A stretch of 64,000 nucleotides of DNA from Candidatus Woesearchaeota archaeon. Its GTDB lineage: Archaea > Nanobdellota > Nanobdellia > Woesearchaeales > DSVV01. The notes under the pieces are model-generated. The model worked only from the letters and a program-made list of their open reading frames with translations, had not been told where the DNA came from and ran no database searches. A program made the position numbers and the translations under genes. This document shows positions 17,143-26,478 of the stretch, in pieces. How positions within the stretch are numbered: position 1 is the first letter of the stretch; each line of letters opens with the position of its first letter. The stretch spans positions 9,038 to 73,037 of the forward strand of contig JAWABL010000003.1 in the NCBI GenBank assembly GCA_038884615.1, written 5' to 3'.

Positions 17143-19881
17143 TCAATTTTCACAGTTTTTCCATTTTCTTATTGCTTGCAGAACCTCAGATGGAGTCGCA
17201 ATACCAGACTGCCAGATAGACATGTACGCAGAAAGTTCAGTTGTTGAGATAAAGGCATCATTATTTATGTTTGCTGGATGTACACATCTCCTTATTGCAG
17301 AAGAGTTTGTGCATGAAAACGCGCCTATGTCAGTGCCGCCTTCGCCATTACCGCATGCAGGGCTTGTGTTTTTTGGTCTTAAATCCCTCGCTAAATAATC
17401 AACAAACTGAGGATCCTTGCCTATTATATCATGCATGGCAGCTCGCGAGGTGTCTCCAGCATTGAAAAGAAGATTATAGTCGCCGGTTACATTACCGCCA
17501 TCAGACGCCCAGTAGTTTGAGCTCATATTATAAAAGATGTTATTTTTCACCATGTTCCCTGTTGAGCCTGACCTAAACCCAGCCCCATGATAGTATATAT
17601 CAACAAAGGTATTTCCGATAACAGATATATTGTATATATCATGAACACATATGCCCCAAGCGCCTCCGCCTGCAAAAACATTTTTTCTAAAAGTTAGGTT
17701 ATAAGAGTGTTTGTACCTACCAGATTCGCCCATAAACCCCTGGTGAAAATCGTAACAAGTGTTGTTCTCAACAAGGATGTTTCGTGCATGCTCCCCATTG
17801 TTATCAAATGTCTGGAAACAATCTACATGAGCAGAACCGATTTCGTTAAACTTCGTGCCGAAAAACAAGTTATTCCGCAGGGTATGATTGTCTCCGAAAA
17901 AACGCGTATAATCACAATCTCCCATAACACCATAATTATAAAGCCGTTCTATTACATTGCCTTCAACAACAACACCATCGCCAGCTATAACTATACCCAT
18001 TTGAGGCTTGTAAAGTTTATTTTCTTTTATAAGTCCGCCTGTGCCACTCATAGATATTCCAGTTGATCTTGTTTCGTGAAGATAGTTTCTTAATATTGTA
18101 ATACTTCTTCCTTGGGCAGATATGCCTCCTGTAAACTGTCCATTGCTTGTTATATTGAAACCATCTAATGTGATAAAATCGCCGTTTATGCTAAATCCTC
18201 TTACTACAGTGCTCCAGTTTTCTGCTTTTATAACAATCCGCCTGCTCTGTGTACCGCTTGTTGTGACACTAACTTTCTCGTTGTATGTCCCAGCAAAAAC
18301 AAAAACAGTCTGGCCTGGCTGAACCCTGTTGACAGCTGACTGTATGGTGGAGTATTCTTGCCAAGAAGCAGGCGTATCATCAACACAAAGGACATCAGAC
18401 TCAGAACAAAATGAATCAAACGAAACAATTGGCACATGATATTCAAATGCGCCTATATCTGGAGAGTAGCGTATGTTCCCAAGTATATCCTCATTAGGCA
18501 TGGGACCTTGTGCTGCATCTATTGCAGGACTGCTTTTGTTAAGCGTCGCAAACTCAAAGACAAGCCGTTCAAATTCCTGCCTTATTGTCCTGCTTCCGCT
18601 TTGAAAAAGAAAACTTGTTTCATCAAATACAGGCAGAACTAATTGATTAGGATAAGGAAGCAACGGATCTGCTATTATTTTTGTGTTGTCAAGCCCAGGG
18701 TTTACTGCGCCATCAAGAGGAAGAGGACTATTATTGTTCCAGAACAGGTTTCTTGAAAGAGTTAGCGTTGAAACATCAACATTTCCATAAACAGTTCCCA
18801 GCCGGTTCATTGTTCCCGTCGGGTCGCTGAATATATTATTTTGTATGTAAAAACCATGTACTTGAGGGTTATTTCCCTCTGTTCCTATCCTAAATCCGTA
18901 GGAGCTTCCGGGCATATTGCCTACAAAGGTATTTGCTCTTATTGTTATATTCTCGGCACCTTTTAACTGAACAGGTGCAGAAAAAAGATTGTAGCTGTTC
19001 CCAATAAAAAGGTTGTTTTCTATAACAGAGTTTGTTATCATAAACTCGTTATTCTCGTCCTCACCAAATTGTATAAACGCCTGGTCGCTTCTTCCATCCC
19101 AATTGAGAAAAATATTTTTATGTATCCTATACCTTGGGTTTCGCGCCGGCGTATAGGCACTAGATATGTTATGAGCCGGCACTTCTCTTTTCAAAGTAAT
19201 AAAAGACTGCGAATTTGGCGAATTTCTAGAAAAAAATATGTTTTCATAGATGTCAAGCTCGCCGGCCCTAACAGAATCAATCATATCAGAGCCTGGTGAG
19301 TCAGCAGGGTCGTAAAAAATGTTTCCTTTTATATGTATATTATGCGGATACATTAGTTCATTGCCTCTGTTTATTTTTAAAAGTTCATTGCACGTCCCAG
19401 GAGCATTATTTCCATAAACTATATTGTTTTCAAAAATTATATCTGATGCATCCTGAAAATGCACCACATAGTATGTTTCCCTGCTGTTACACTTATAGTT
19501 TGGGTGTGCATTTGTAATTATAAATCCAGAAACATTAATCTTTGCCGAGCCTTTTGTATAGATGTCAAATACATCTTCGCCATTTTCAAAATTGGTTAGC
19601 TTTGCCCGATAAGAATTTTCAGCCCTTATTGTCACCCAGTTGTCAAAAGTTCGAGTTATCACAGTTCTTCCTTTATATACTCCATCTTTTACAATTATAG
19701 TCCCTCCTGTGCTAGGGATTGACTCAACTGCATGTCCTATACTTTTCCACGGATTGGACTCAGAACCGTCTCCAACCAAGTCAGAGCCAACGGAAGAAAC
19801 ATAATATTTTTGTGCAGATACATGCTCAAGTAATAACGTCGTAAAAATAAGAAGCAGAATTATGAAGGTTCTTCTTTGCAT
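17143..19881 (-). CDS. Secreted protein with two right-handed parallel beta-helix (pectate-lyase-like) modules and a dockerin/EF-hand-like C-terminal domain
   Basis: YYVS...GDGSESNPWKSI; second module YSTIQSAV...PGQTVFVFAGTY; Asn-ladder repeats; SPAIDA...PDIGAFEY; C-terminal ANINNDAFISTTEL. Confidence 0.8.
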   Translation of the reverse strand: MQRRTFIILLLIFTTLLLEHVSAQKYYVSSVGSDLVGDGSESNPWKSIGHAVESIPSTGGTIIVKDGVYKGRTVITRTFDNWVTIRAENSYRAKLTNFENGEDVFDIYTKGSAKINVSGFIITNAHPNYKCNSRETYYVVHFQDASDIIFENNIVYGNNAPGTCNELLKINRGNELMYPHNIHIKGNIFYDPADSPGSDMIDSVRAGELDIYENIFFSRNSPNSQSFITLKREVPAHNISSAYTPARNPRYRIHKNIFLNWDGRSDQAFIQFGEDENNEFMITNSVIENNLFIGNSYNLFSAPVQLKGAENITIRANTFVGNMPGSSYGFRIGTEGNNPQVHGFYIQNNIFSDPTGTMNRLGTVYGNVDVSTLTLSRNLFWNNNSPLPLDGAVNPGLDNTKIIADPLLPYPNQLVLPVFDETSFLFQSGSRTIRQEFERLVFEFATLNKSSPAIDAAQGPMPNEDILGNIRYSPDIGAFEYHVPIVSFDSFCSESDVLCVDDTPASWQEYSTIQSAVNRVQPGQTVFVFAGTYNEKVSVTTSGTQSRRIVIKAENWSTVVRGFSINGDFITLDGFNITSNGQFTGGISAQGRSITILRNYLHETRSTGISMSGTGGLIKENKLYKPQMGIVIAGDGVVVEGNVIERLYNYGVMGDCDYTRFFGDNHTLRNNLFFGTKFNEIGSAHVDCFQTFDNNGEHARNILVENNTCYDFHQGFMGESGRYKHSYNLTFRKNVFAGGGAWGICVHDIYNISVIGNTFVDIYYHGAGFRSGSTGNMVKNNIFYNMSSNYWASDGGNVTGDYNLLFNAGDTSRAAMHDIIGKDPQFVDYLARDLRPKNTSPACGNGEGGTDIGAFSCTNSSAIRRCVHPANINNDAFISTTELSAYMSIWQSGIATPSEVLQAIRKWKNCEN

Positions 19882-19913
19882 TAAGACCTATCTACATAAA
19901 GTGGTATAAAAAT

Positions 19914-20783
19914 TTATCTACATGTTTTCCATCTTTTTATATAAGAAATAAACTCATTGCTAGGCAAATGCCCGCTTAGCCAGTCAAAAATGAGCTGGTT
20001 AATTTGCTCCCGTAAAAGACAATCGTGCTGAATATCTTGTCTTGGGCCAATATAGGATGTGCTTACAACAAAATCATCTATATAATAATAAACTTCTGGA
20101 TATTGAACATTCCAACCAGAAATGATAAACTTATAACTATTCTGTATTTCTCCTCCACTGGCTGTAAATTATATAGGGTAATCATTAACTTGTTGTACTC
20201 CATTAATCCATAAAGAAGTTTTATCTAACCCTGGCAAAAGCTCTATTTTCCATTCAACTAAAACCCACCCACGCCATGCTGGTCCCAAAAAAAGTAAGTT
20301 CTATTACCACCTTCTTGGATAGAAGGCCCAATATTATTTGCAATCCACTCTTCATCATTACAACCATAAGAGTGTATCGCTAAAAGGCTATGACCTCCAT
20401 CATAACAGTCTAAATATCTTAATCCATTTGGATCTCTCTGTGGGCATCTCTTTTCTCCGCAATCCCTAAAATCAAGACTTGCTACAGCTGCACTAGCTGT
20501 ATTGGCAAATAAAAAATGTGCTGAGGCACTTGACAAGTGAGAGGCATGCTCTGGTGGTACATATAAATAGGCACCGTTCAAAAAGTGTGTTAGCATCCAC
20601 CGCGTATGCACATTCAGGAACAATATATGGGTTTGAAGTTGAGTTGTTCCATACGGAGAACCAGATATTTCCATTTGAACGGAAAAGTGCCAACATGATG
20701 GTAAGCCGACCGAAAACGAGATTTTGAACGGTGCCATATAAATATAGGTGGTAAAAAAGACGTATTATAAAGATTACTTTCAA
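19914..20783 (-). pseudogene. Disrupted surface-protein gene (lectin/polysaccharide-lyase-like sandwich plus the same C-terminal motif as the downstream gene)
   Basis: Removing the MITE and one TSD joins ...RLFYHLYLY|VPPEHASH... in frame. A frameshift follows near the A-run at about 20290, then an in-frame TAA at 20169-20171, then ...YYYIDDFVVSTSYIGP...DWLSGHLPSNEFISYIKRWKTCR*. Confidence 0.75.
20570..20735. mobile_element. MITE copy 1 (166 bp)
   Basis: 14-bp TIRs GGCACCGTTCAAAA/TTTTGAACGGTGCC; 9-bp TSD ATATAAATA. Confidence 0.93.
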
Positions 20784-20819
20784 TATTATAATAGAGGCTT
20801 ATAATTATAAATATTACGA

Positions 20820-21092
20820 TTACAGGCCAAAACTTTTGGTAAACTCGTTTATCTTTTGGAACTCTGCTAAAAAAGTGTATCCCTTGTCTGTAAGAACATA
20901 GAACTTGCCAGTCTCGTCAAAGTCTTTTGCCACAAGCCCTTTCTTAATAAGCTCATCAAGATAAAGATTCATCCGCTGGTATGAAAGGTTTGACTTGTAA
21001 AGAAGGTGGGTTGGTTTTATTTTGCCACCTCTTTTTTGAATAGACGCGAGTATATCATGAATAATTTGCATTCTGTCTCGCTTTTCGCTCAT
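20820..21092 (-). CDS. Small winged-helix DNA-binding protein (archaeal wHTH family)
   Basis: KRDRMQIIHDIL...KPTHLLYKSNLSY...YLDELIKKGLV...YVLTDKG. Confidence 0.85.
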   Translation of the reverse strand: MSEKRDRMQIIHDILASIQKRGGKIKPTHLLYKSNLSYQRMNLYLDELIKKGLVAKDFDETGKFYVLTDKGYTFLAEFQKINEFTKSFGL

Positions 21093-21763
21093 CTTCCCAG
21101 CACCAGTATCATATTTATTAGAAGAAAAACGTATCCGGATATCTGCAACCCATGACCTAAAACAAAAAATAACTTACTCTGCTGAGCGAATATAAAAAAC
21201 ATCTGAGACAATGCAAGAAGAATTACTGCAACAAGAACAAGCATTGCAGTACAGGTTCCTTTTGTGCAGTAATTTTTAAACTGATAAAATGCAATTGTGC
21301 TTAAAATAATAAAAAGGATTATATTGGTTGTAAGAAAGATATTTTTGCTCATAAGCGTAACTGCCATAAGGACTGCGAGCATTGCAACAAGTATCTTAGG
21401 GTTATGGATTCGCAGAAAGATTGCTGCGAGTATCAAAAATCCTGATAGAATAAGAAAGGAATACATCACTAACGCCGCATGGTGAAGCGCCTGCGTTTTA
21501 ACAACTGTTGACACTGCTGCTGTGAGGTTAGGGACATTTGGGAGGTAATTTTTGTATATAATCCAGTCAAGTGCTCCTCCAATTAGAAAAGCAGCTGAAA
21601 TTGCCAGAAAAGCAAGCGTAAAATAGATGTACTTGCGTTCCTTTGCCAGATAGTATATTCTAAAACTGTATATAACTATAAAAAGCGCTATAAGCATAAC
21701 ACAGAATTCAAAAACCCAGTCAAGCCCAAAAAACCATCTAGGTCCGCTCAGACTTGTAAACAT
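21089..21763 (-). CDS. Seven-TM membrane protein, putative stand-alone sensor
   Basis: Seven hydrophobic segments and no soluble domain; stop overlaps the wHTH start (ATGA). Confidence 0.75.
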   Translation of the reverse strand: MFTSLSGPRWFFGLDWVFEFCVMLIALFIVIYSFRIYYLAKERKYIYFTLAFLAISAAFLIGGALDWIIYKNYLPNVPNLTAAVSTVVKTQALHHAALVMYSFLILSGFLILAAIFLRIHNPKILVAMLAVLMAVTLMSKNIFLTTNIILFIILSTIAFYQFKNYCTKGTCTAMLVLVAVILLALSQMFFIFAQQSKLFFVLGHGLQISGYVFLLINMILVLGR

Positions 21764-21943
21764 AATAGAGTGGTAAGGGAGTCAATTTTTAAATTTTATG
21801 GATTGCCGTTCAGTATCTGCACTTAATAAAGGATATATAAAAAGACCTTCTAAGTTTATATTATAATTATTATCGTTAATGAGCATCATAGAGTATTAAA
21901 TGACTGAAGAAAAGTTTGTGATAAGCTAAAAAAAGGTGATAAA

Positions 21944-22078
21944 ATGCAGTGGAAAAACAAGCCGAGAAAAAATGTCATGCGAAGGCAGATAAAAGAAAAG
22001 TATGAGATGCTTTTTTCCATAGATGATTTAAAAGAGGTGCTTAAGACGCCATTAAGCACTATCACACCAACTCCATGA
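21944..22078 (+). CDS. Small 44-aa basic protein below the ORF-track cutoff
   Basis: SD AGGTGAT then ATG: MQWKNKPRKNVMRRQIKEKYEMLFSIDDLKEVLKTPLSTITPTP*; divergent from the 7TM gene. Confidence 0.5.
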   Translation: MQWKNKPRKNVMRRQIKEKYEMLFSIDDLKEVLKTPLSTITPTP

Positions 22079-22085
22079 TAATATA

Positions 22086-22123
22086 GGGCGGCAGGTTTTC
22101 ACAGACCTCTTTTCCTGCCGCCC
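22086..22123 (+). terminator. GC-rich hairpin downstream of the small ORF (terminator or 3'-UTR structure)
   Basis: Perfect 10-bp stem GGGCGGCAGG...CCTGCCGCCC, with a T-rich tract shortly after. Confidence 0.5.
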
Positions 22124-22305
22124 ACCCCAATTTTTGTTTTGGTGTTTTTAAGGATAATATGAGTTTAACTACAATATAAGCTTTTCATTTTTACTAACTT
22201 CATCTAAAATTAAAAACTGATTATTTTAAGTAAGGTTATTTATAGTGTCGTAAGACTAGAACAATAAGATCAAAACCATATAAGCTATAATTGTAATAAC
22301 AAACC

Positions 22306-22469
22306 GGCTGCGTTCAAAAAGTGTGTTAGCATCCACCGCGTATGCACATTCAGGAACAATATATGGGTTTGAAGTGAGTTGTTCCATACGGAGAACCAGA
22401 TATTTTGATTTGAATGGAAAATGCCAACATGATGTTAAACCGACCGAAAACGAGATTTTGAACGCAGCC
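22306..22469. mobile_element. MITE copy 2 (164 bp), variant TIRs
   Basis: GGCTGCGTTCAAAA/TTTTGAACGCAGCC; TSD TAACAAACC (9 bp, or 10 bp with one mismatch). Confidence 0.92.
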
Positions 22470-22516
22470 CTAACAAACCATAAACAATAAATACTAGTCA
22501 CATCAAAACAGATTTT

Positions 22517-23182
22517 GTGGTAAAAAGAGCGAAAATAAAAAGAGATGACGACAACGGAAGTTGGCTACTTAAGAAGCAACCTAAAATATCCGTGTCTTCT
22601 TCTAAGCAGAATTCCTCAGCGAGTCAAAAAAATAAGTTTGAATATACCTATGAAAAGGAAAAAGAGATAAAAAAGGAGCAGAAAGTATTTAAGACAGGAA
22701 ACGAACAAGAGATACAAAACGCAGAGAAAAACGGTGCTGTTACGGAGAAGAAGAGTGCTAACGAAGGCGAAGAAACGACCCTGCAAAAAGCATCAAATCA
22801 GGAAGAAAAGGAAGGAAATAAAAAGATTGAGATTAGCGAAAGAGAGCAAGTAAAGTTTAACTACAAGTTGTTTTTCAAGCCAACAATCCTTAAGTTTGCC
22901 CTTGCACTTCTTATGTTTGGTGTCGTATCACTGTATTTTCTGACACCTATTCTTTCACGAGCAATTATAATACCTTGTAAGGTAATTGAAGGGGAAGATT
23001 TTTACTCTAAATGCCCCATAAATCCTGCAGCAAACAGCGTTTCAACAGTATACTTTAGTAGTATTTTCTTGGATTATGTCTATCAGATAGCATACTTTCT
23101 GGGAGTTTTTATAGCATTGCCGTATGGACTTGCCTGTGCTCTTTCATTTGCATACAGAAAAATTATTTCAAGAATGTCATAA
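22517..23182 (+). CDS. Hypothetical membrane protein with a charged disordered N-terminus and two C-terminal TM helices
   Basis: K/E-rich first half; two hydrophobic segments flanking a Cys-containing loop. Confidence 0.7.
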   Translation: MVKRAKIKRDDDNGSWLLKKQPKISVSSSKQNSSASQKNKFEYTYEKEKEIKKEQKVFKTGNEQEIQNAEKNGAVTEKKSANEGEETTLQKASNQEEKEGNKKIEISEREQVKFNYKLFFKPTILKFALALLMFGVVSLYFLTPILSRAIIIPCKVIEGEDFYSKCPINPAANSVSTVYFSSIFLDYVYQIAYFLGVFIALPYGLACALSFAYRKIISRMS

Positions 23183-23304
23183 TCAACAAACTCTTGGAAC
23201 AATCAAGTGTGCAACCATGCCCCCATTGATTTTTGGTTGCCTATCATTTTTCTTGCCCGAGACATCCAATAAATTTTTATAGTAATCTTCTTACCATTTA
23301 AGCG

Positions 23305-24591
23305 ATGTATAAAACAGGCGATAAGGTAAGAATAGTCACTGAAAAAGATGAGGTAACAGGCATTTTTATGCCACGTCCTGAAATTCTTGATAATGATTTT
23401 GTTGTTGTGAAGCTTGAAAACGGCTACAACATTGGCATAAAAAAGGAAAGGATAAGAGAGATTCTGCTTGTAGAAAAGTACATCCCTACTGAAACTACAA
23501 CTGTAAAAATAAAGTACAACCCTAACCTTCCTACCATTTCTGTGCTTTCAACAGGAGGAACAATATCTTCTCGCATTGACTACCGAACAGGAGGCGTACA
23601 CGCAGACTACACCGCGGAGGATTTTGTTCAGATGTTGCCTCATCTTGCAAGCATTGCAAATATAAAGGCAAAGAAGGTAGCGTCTATAATGAGCGAGGAC
23701 ATGTGTCCGTCTGACTGGAGGATGATGGCACGGGCGATTCGGAAGGAGTTTGAGGAAGGCGCAGACGGAGTCGTAATAACTCATGGCACAGACACTCTGC
23801 ACTTCTCAACAGCAGCTGTTTCTTTTATGCTTAAGAATCTTACAAAACCGGTTGTGTTTACAGCTTCGCAGCGTAGCATTGACCGCGGCTCAAGCGACGC
23901 GTTCATAAATCTCGGATGCGCAATAATAGCAGCCGCCTCAGACATCGCAGAGGTTATGACCTGCCTACACGGAACAATTGACGATGAATATTGCCTGCTT
24001 GTGCGTGGAACAAAGGTCAGAAAAATGCACAGTTCAAGAAGAGATGCCTTCAGGCCTATAAATGAGAATCCCATAGCAAAGGTATTCCCAAGTGGAAAAA
24101 TCGAAACTATAAATCAATGTTTTAGAAAGCGCTCAGATGGGATGCCTGAGCTTGATGACGCGTTTGAGCCAAAGGTTGCTCTTGTGCTTGCCTATCCAGG
24201 CATGGAACCTGAAATAATTGACTTTTATATTGCGAAGGGTTACAAAGGGATAGTGATATCTGCGAGCGCGCTTGGGCATGTGCCTACAAACAACCCCGAG
24301 TATTCCATACTGCCTAGCATTGAGCGGGCCACTGGAAAAAACATTCCTGTTGTCATAGCAAGTCAAACGATATATGGGAGGGTACATCCATATGTGTACA
24401 CAAACCTAAGAAAGCTTTCAATGCAACTCGGTTGCATTTATGCTGAGGACATGCTTCCTGAAGTTGCCTATGTAAAGCTTGGCTGGGTTCTTGGTCACAC
24501 ACAAGATAAAAAAAAGATAAAGGACATGATGCTAAGCAACATTGCTGGAGAGATAAGCGAACGAAGCAACGCACAATGCTTTCTCTTTTAA
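23305..24591 (+). CDS. gatD: Glutamyl-tRNA(Gln) amidotransferase subunit D
   Basis: VKLENGYNIG, STGGTISSRIDYRTG, HGTDT, SQRSIDRGSSD, RKMHSSRRDAF, DMLPEVAYVKL. Confidence 0.97.
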   Translation: MYKTGDKVRIVTEKDEVTGIFMPRPEILDNDFVVVKLENGYNIGIKKERIREILLVEKYIPTETTTVKIKYNPNLPTISVLSTGGTISSRIDYRTGGVHADYTAEDFVQMLPHLASIANIKAKKVASIMSEDMCPSDWRMMARAIRKEFEEGADGVVITHGTDTLHFSTAAVSFMLKNLTKPVVFTASQRSIDRGSSDAFINLGCAIIAAASDIAEVMTCLHGTIDDEYCLLVRGTKVRKMHSSRRDAFRPINENPIAKVFPSGKIETINQCFRKRSDGMPELDDAFEPKVALVLAYPGMEPEIIDFYIAKGYKGIVISASALGHVPTNNPEYSILPSIERATGKNIPVVIASQTIYGRVHPYVYTNLRKLSMQLGCIYAEDMLPEVAYVKLGWVLGHTQDKKKIKDMMLSNIAGEISERSNAQCFLF

Positions 24592-24650
24592 AAAGATTAT
24601 AAATTTTGAGAGGTTATATTAAAAGTTATTATTAAGTGTATGTTATTAGT

Positions 24651-24698
24651 AAGTAATTGTAAGAATAAGTAATTTTAAAAATAAGCAATCGTAAGAAT
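24651..24698. repeat. Degenerate 16-bp tandem repeat, three copies
   Basis: AAGTAATTGTAAGAAT / AAGTAATTTTAAAAAT / AAGCAATCGTAAGAAT. Confidence 0.55.
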
Positions 24699-24788
24699 AT
24701 GGCCTTGAAGATGCTAACGAAGAAATAAGTCAATAGAGAACATAAAAATAGCAAAAAGTATATAAAGAAACCCACTCACCATTTAACA

Positions 24789-25397
24789 ATGCCCCAACCC
24801 AGCCTTCTTAAGTTTGGGAAGACTCGGCCTGTAAAAACCGAGCCGGACAAGAATGCAGTAGAGTTCTTAAAATCACAAAAAAAAGGAAGGTTGCTTGACA
24901 TAGGGTGTGGAGAGGGGCTTGAGTCGGCCTATGCTGCTTCCTTAGGATTTGATGTTACAGCAATAGATTCAGATTACGAATCAATAAAAATAGCAAAGGA
25001 AGCAAGAAGAGGCGCTAAGTTTAGGTACATTGACTTTTTCGCATTTGCAAAAACAGCAGCAAAAGACCAGTTTGATGTCGTCATAGACAACTGCTTTTCA
25101 CACTGCTTGCAAAAATCAAGGCTTGAAAAATACTATCTTGAGCTCAGCAAGATTTTAAAATATAGAGGAATGCTCTATATAAAGGCGTATTCTGATAAAG
25201 GAAACTATGCAAAAACTCACTGCCCAAATCGCAGATGGACCAAAATTGATGGAAAATATTATTACTTTTTCAGCAAAGAAGAGATTGAAGACAGGCTTAA
25301 AAAGAGGGGATTTGAAATTACAAACTACGAGCATGTTTATGAAGGAGACTTCGCTTTTAATGTGATTCACGCAAGGCTAAGGCTAACAAAACTGTAG
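24789..25397 (+). CDS. Class I SAM-dependent methyltransferase
   Basis: LLDIGCGEG motif I, VTAID, FDVVID. Confidence 0.88.
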   Translation: MPQPSLLKFGKTRPVKTEPDKNAVEFLKSQKKGRLLDIGCGEGLESAYAASLGFDVTAIDSDYESIKIAKEARRGAKFRYIDFFAFAKTAAKDQFDVVIDNCFSHCLQKSRLEKYYLELSKILKYRGMLYIKAYSDKGNYAKTHCPNRRWTKIDGKYYYFFSKEEIEDRLKKRGFEITNYEHVYEGDFAFNVIHARLRLTKL

Positions 25398-25447
25398 CCA
25401 CTACAAGGAAGAAAATATATATACACCTAAATGGCTTCTCCTTTGTT

Positions 25448-26425
25448 ATGAATATGTACAGAAGAGAGTTTATTAGAGAGGCTATAAAGGGGCTTGCTGT
25501 CTGTTCTTTTCTTGCAAGCAAAGATATTTTTCTCGGCTTTAATGTGTGTTCTGCTCAATATTCGCAAAAACCAAATTACCAGATGCAGAATTCAAGAGGG
25601 TATTCTTTAAGAACGCCTCAGAAATCTAAACCTGGCACTGCTCCTATTATAGACTATTATGGCGTTTTTCCAATTACTCTTCCATGGCAACGCGACGAAA
25701 AATACACCACCTCATTAATTGAAGAAAGACACAAGGAGCATCGCTATAATCTTCTACTTATAAACTCAAGCTACAGCCTTGAACAAATGCAGAGTATATT
25801 AGAGCAAGGAAGGATTATCATAAATAAGATAAGAGAAACAGAGAAGAAAAAAAGCGACATGGTTATAGCGGCCAATTATGCAGAAAGCTCCTTTGAACAG
25901 TTTAAACAGTACCTGGCTGCCGCCGAGTGGGCAAAAAAAAATAGCCTGGATGTTGTATGTTTTGGAGAGAGGAGCAAAGATATTAAAAAGATTGATATGA
26001 GCGAAAACGAGCTTATATACGATCTAAAGGATCTGGCGTTCGCATTAAGGAGATGCCAAGAAAGAACCTTCAACAGCGAAATGCTTCATATTGAATCACA
26101 CTATCTTCATCTCTCGCTCCTTCTTGAGATGGATGTAAAGGCATACCAACAGAGCATTGGAGGCACACTTAAGGACGCATTTTTCGGAGACGCTATACTA
26201 TGTACAAAAGAAGAAAAAGAGAATGATGCTAAATACATTAAAAGAAAGATAGAGGATTATAAAGCCATGTCAACAGTATTTTTTGGTCCTGCACATAAAC
26301 TAGTTAATACGATAAGGAGTAAAGGCATTCCAGATATTTTAGGATACAAGCACGAGATAATATTTCTTCCCGCGCGCAAAAACAACGCAACCACTAGGCC
26401 CTGTAACATTGGATTTTTCTGTTGA
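25448..26425 (+). CDS. Hypothetical exported protein with a twin-arginine-like N-terminus
   Basis: MNMYRREFIREAIKGLAVCSFLAS; 325-aa ORF with no recognised domain. Confidence 0.65.
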   Translation: MNMYRREFIREAIKGLAVCSFLASKDIFLGFNVCSAQYSQKPNYQMQNSRGYSLRTPQKSKPGTAPIIDYYGVFPITLPWQRDEKYTTSLIEERHKEHRYNLLLINSSYSLEQMQSILEQGRIIINKIRETEKKKSDMVIAANYAESSFEQFKQYLAAAEWAKKNSLDVVCFGERSKDIKKIDMSENELIYDLKDLAFALRRCQERTFNSEMLHIESHYLHLSLLLEMDVKAYQQSIGGTLKDAFFGDAILCTKEEKENDAKYIKRKIEDYKAMSTVFFGPAHKLVNTIRSKGIPDILGYKHEIIFLPARKNNATTRPCNIGFFC

Positions 26426-26478
26426 ATAGCGTGCGTATAGCAAAGCATAAATACTAAGTCTTATACAACAACATAAAA

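Noticed and set aside
22076..22123. TGA followed by a hairpin as selenocysteine recoding
   Set aside because: The TGA is immediately followed by TAA, and the hairpin lacks the archaeal SECIS GAA/A motif.
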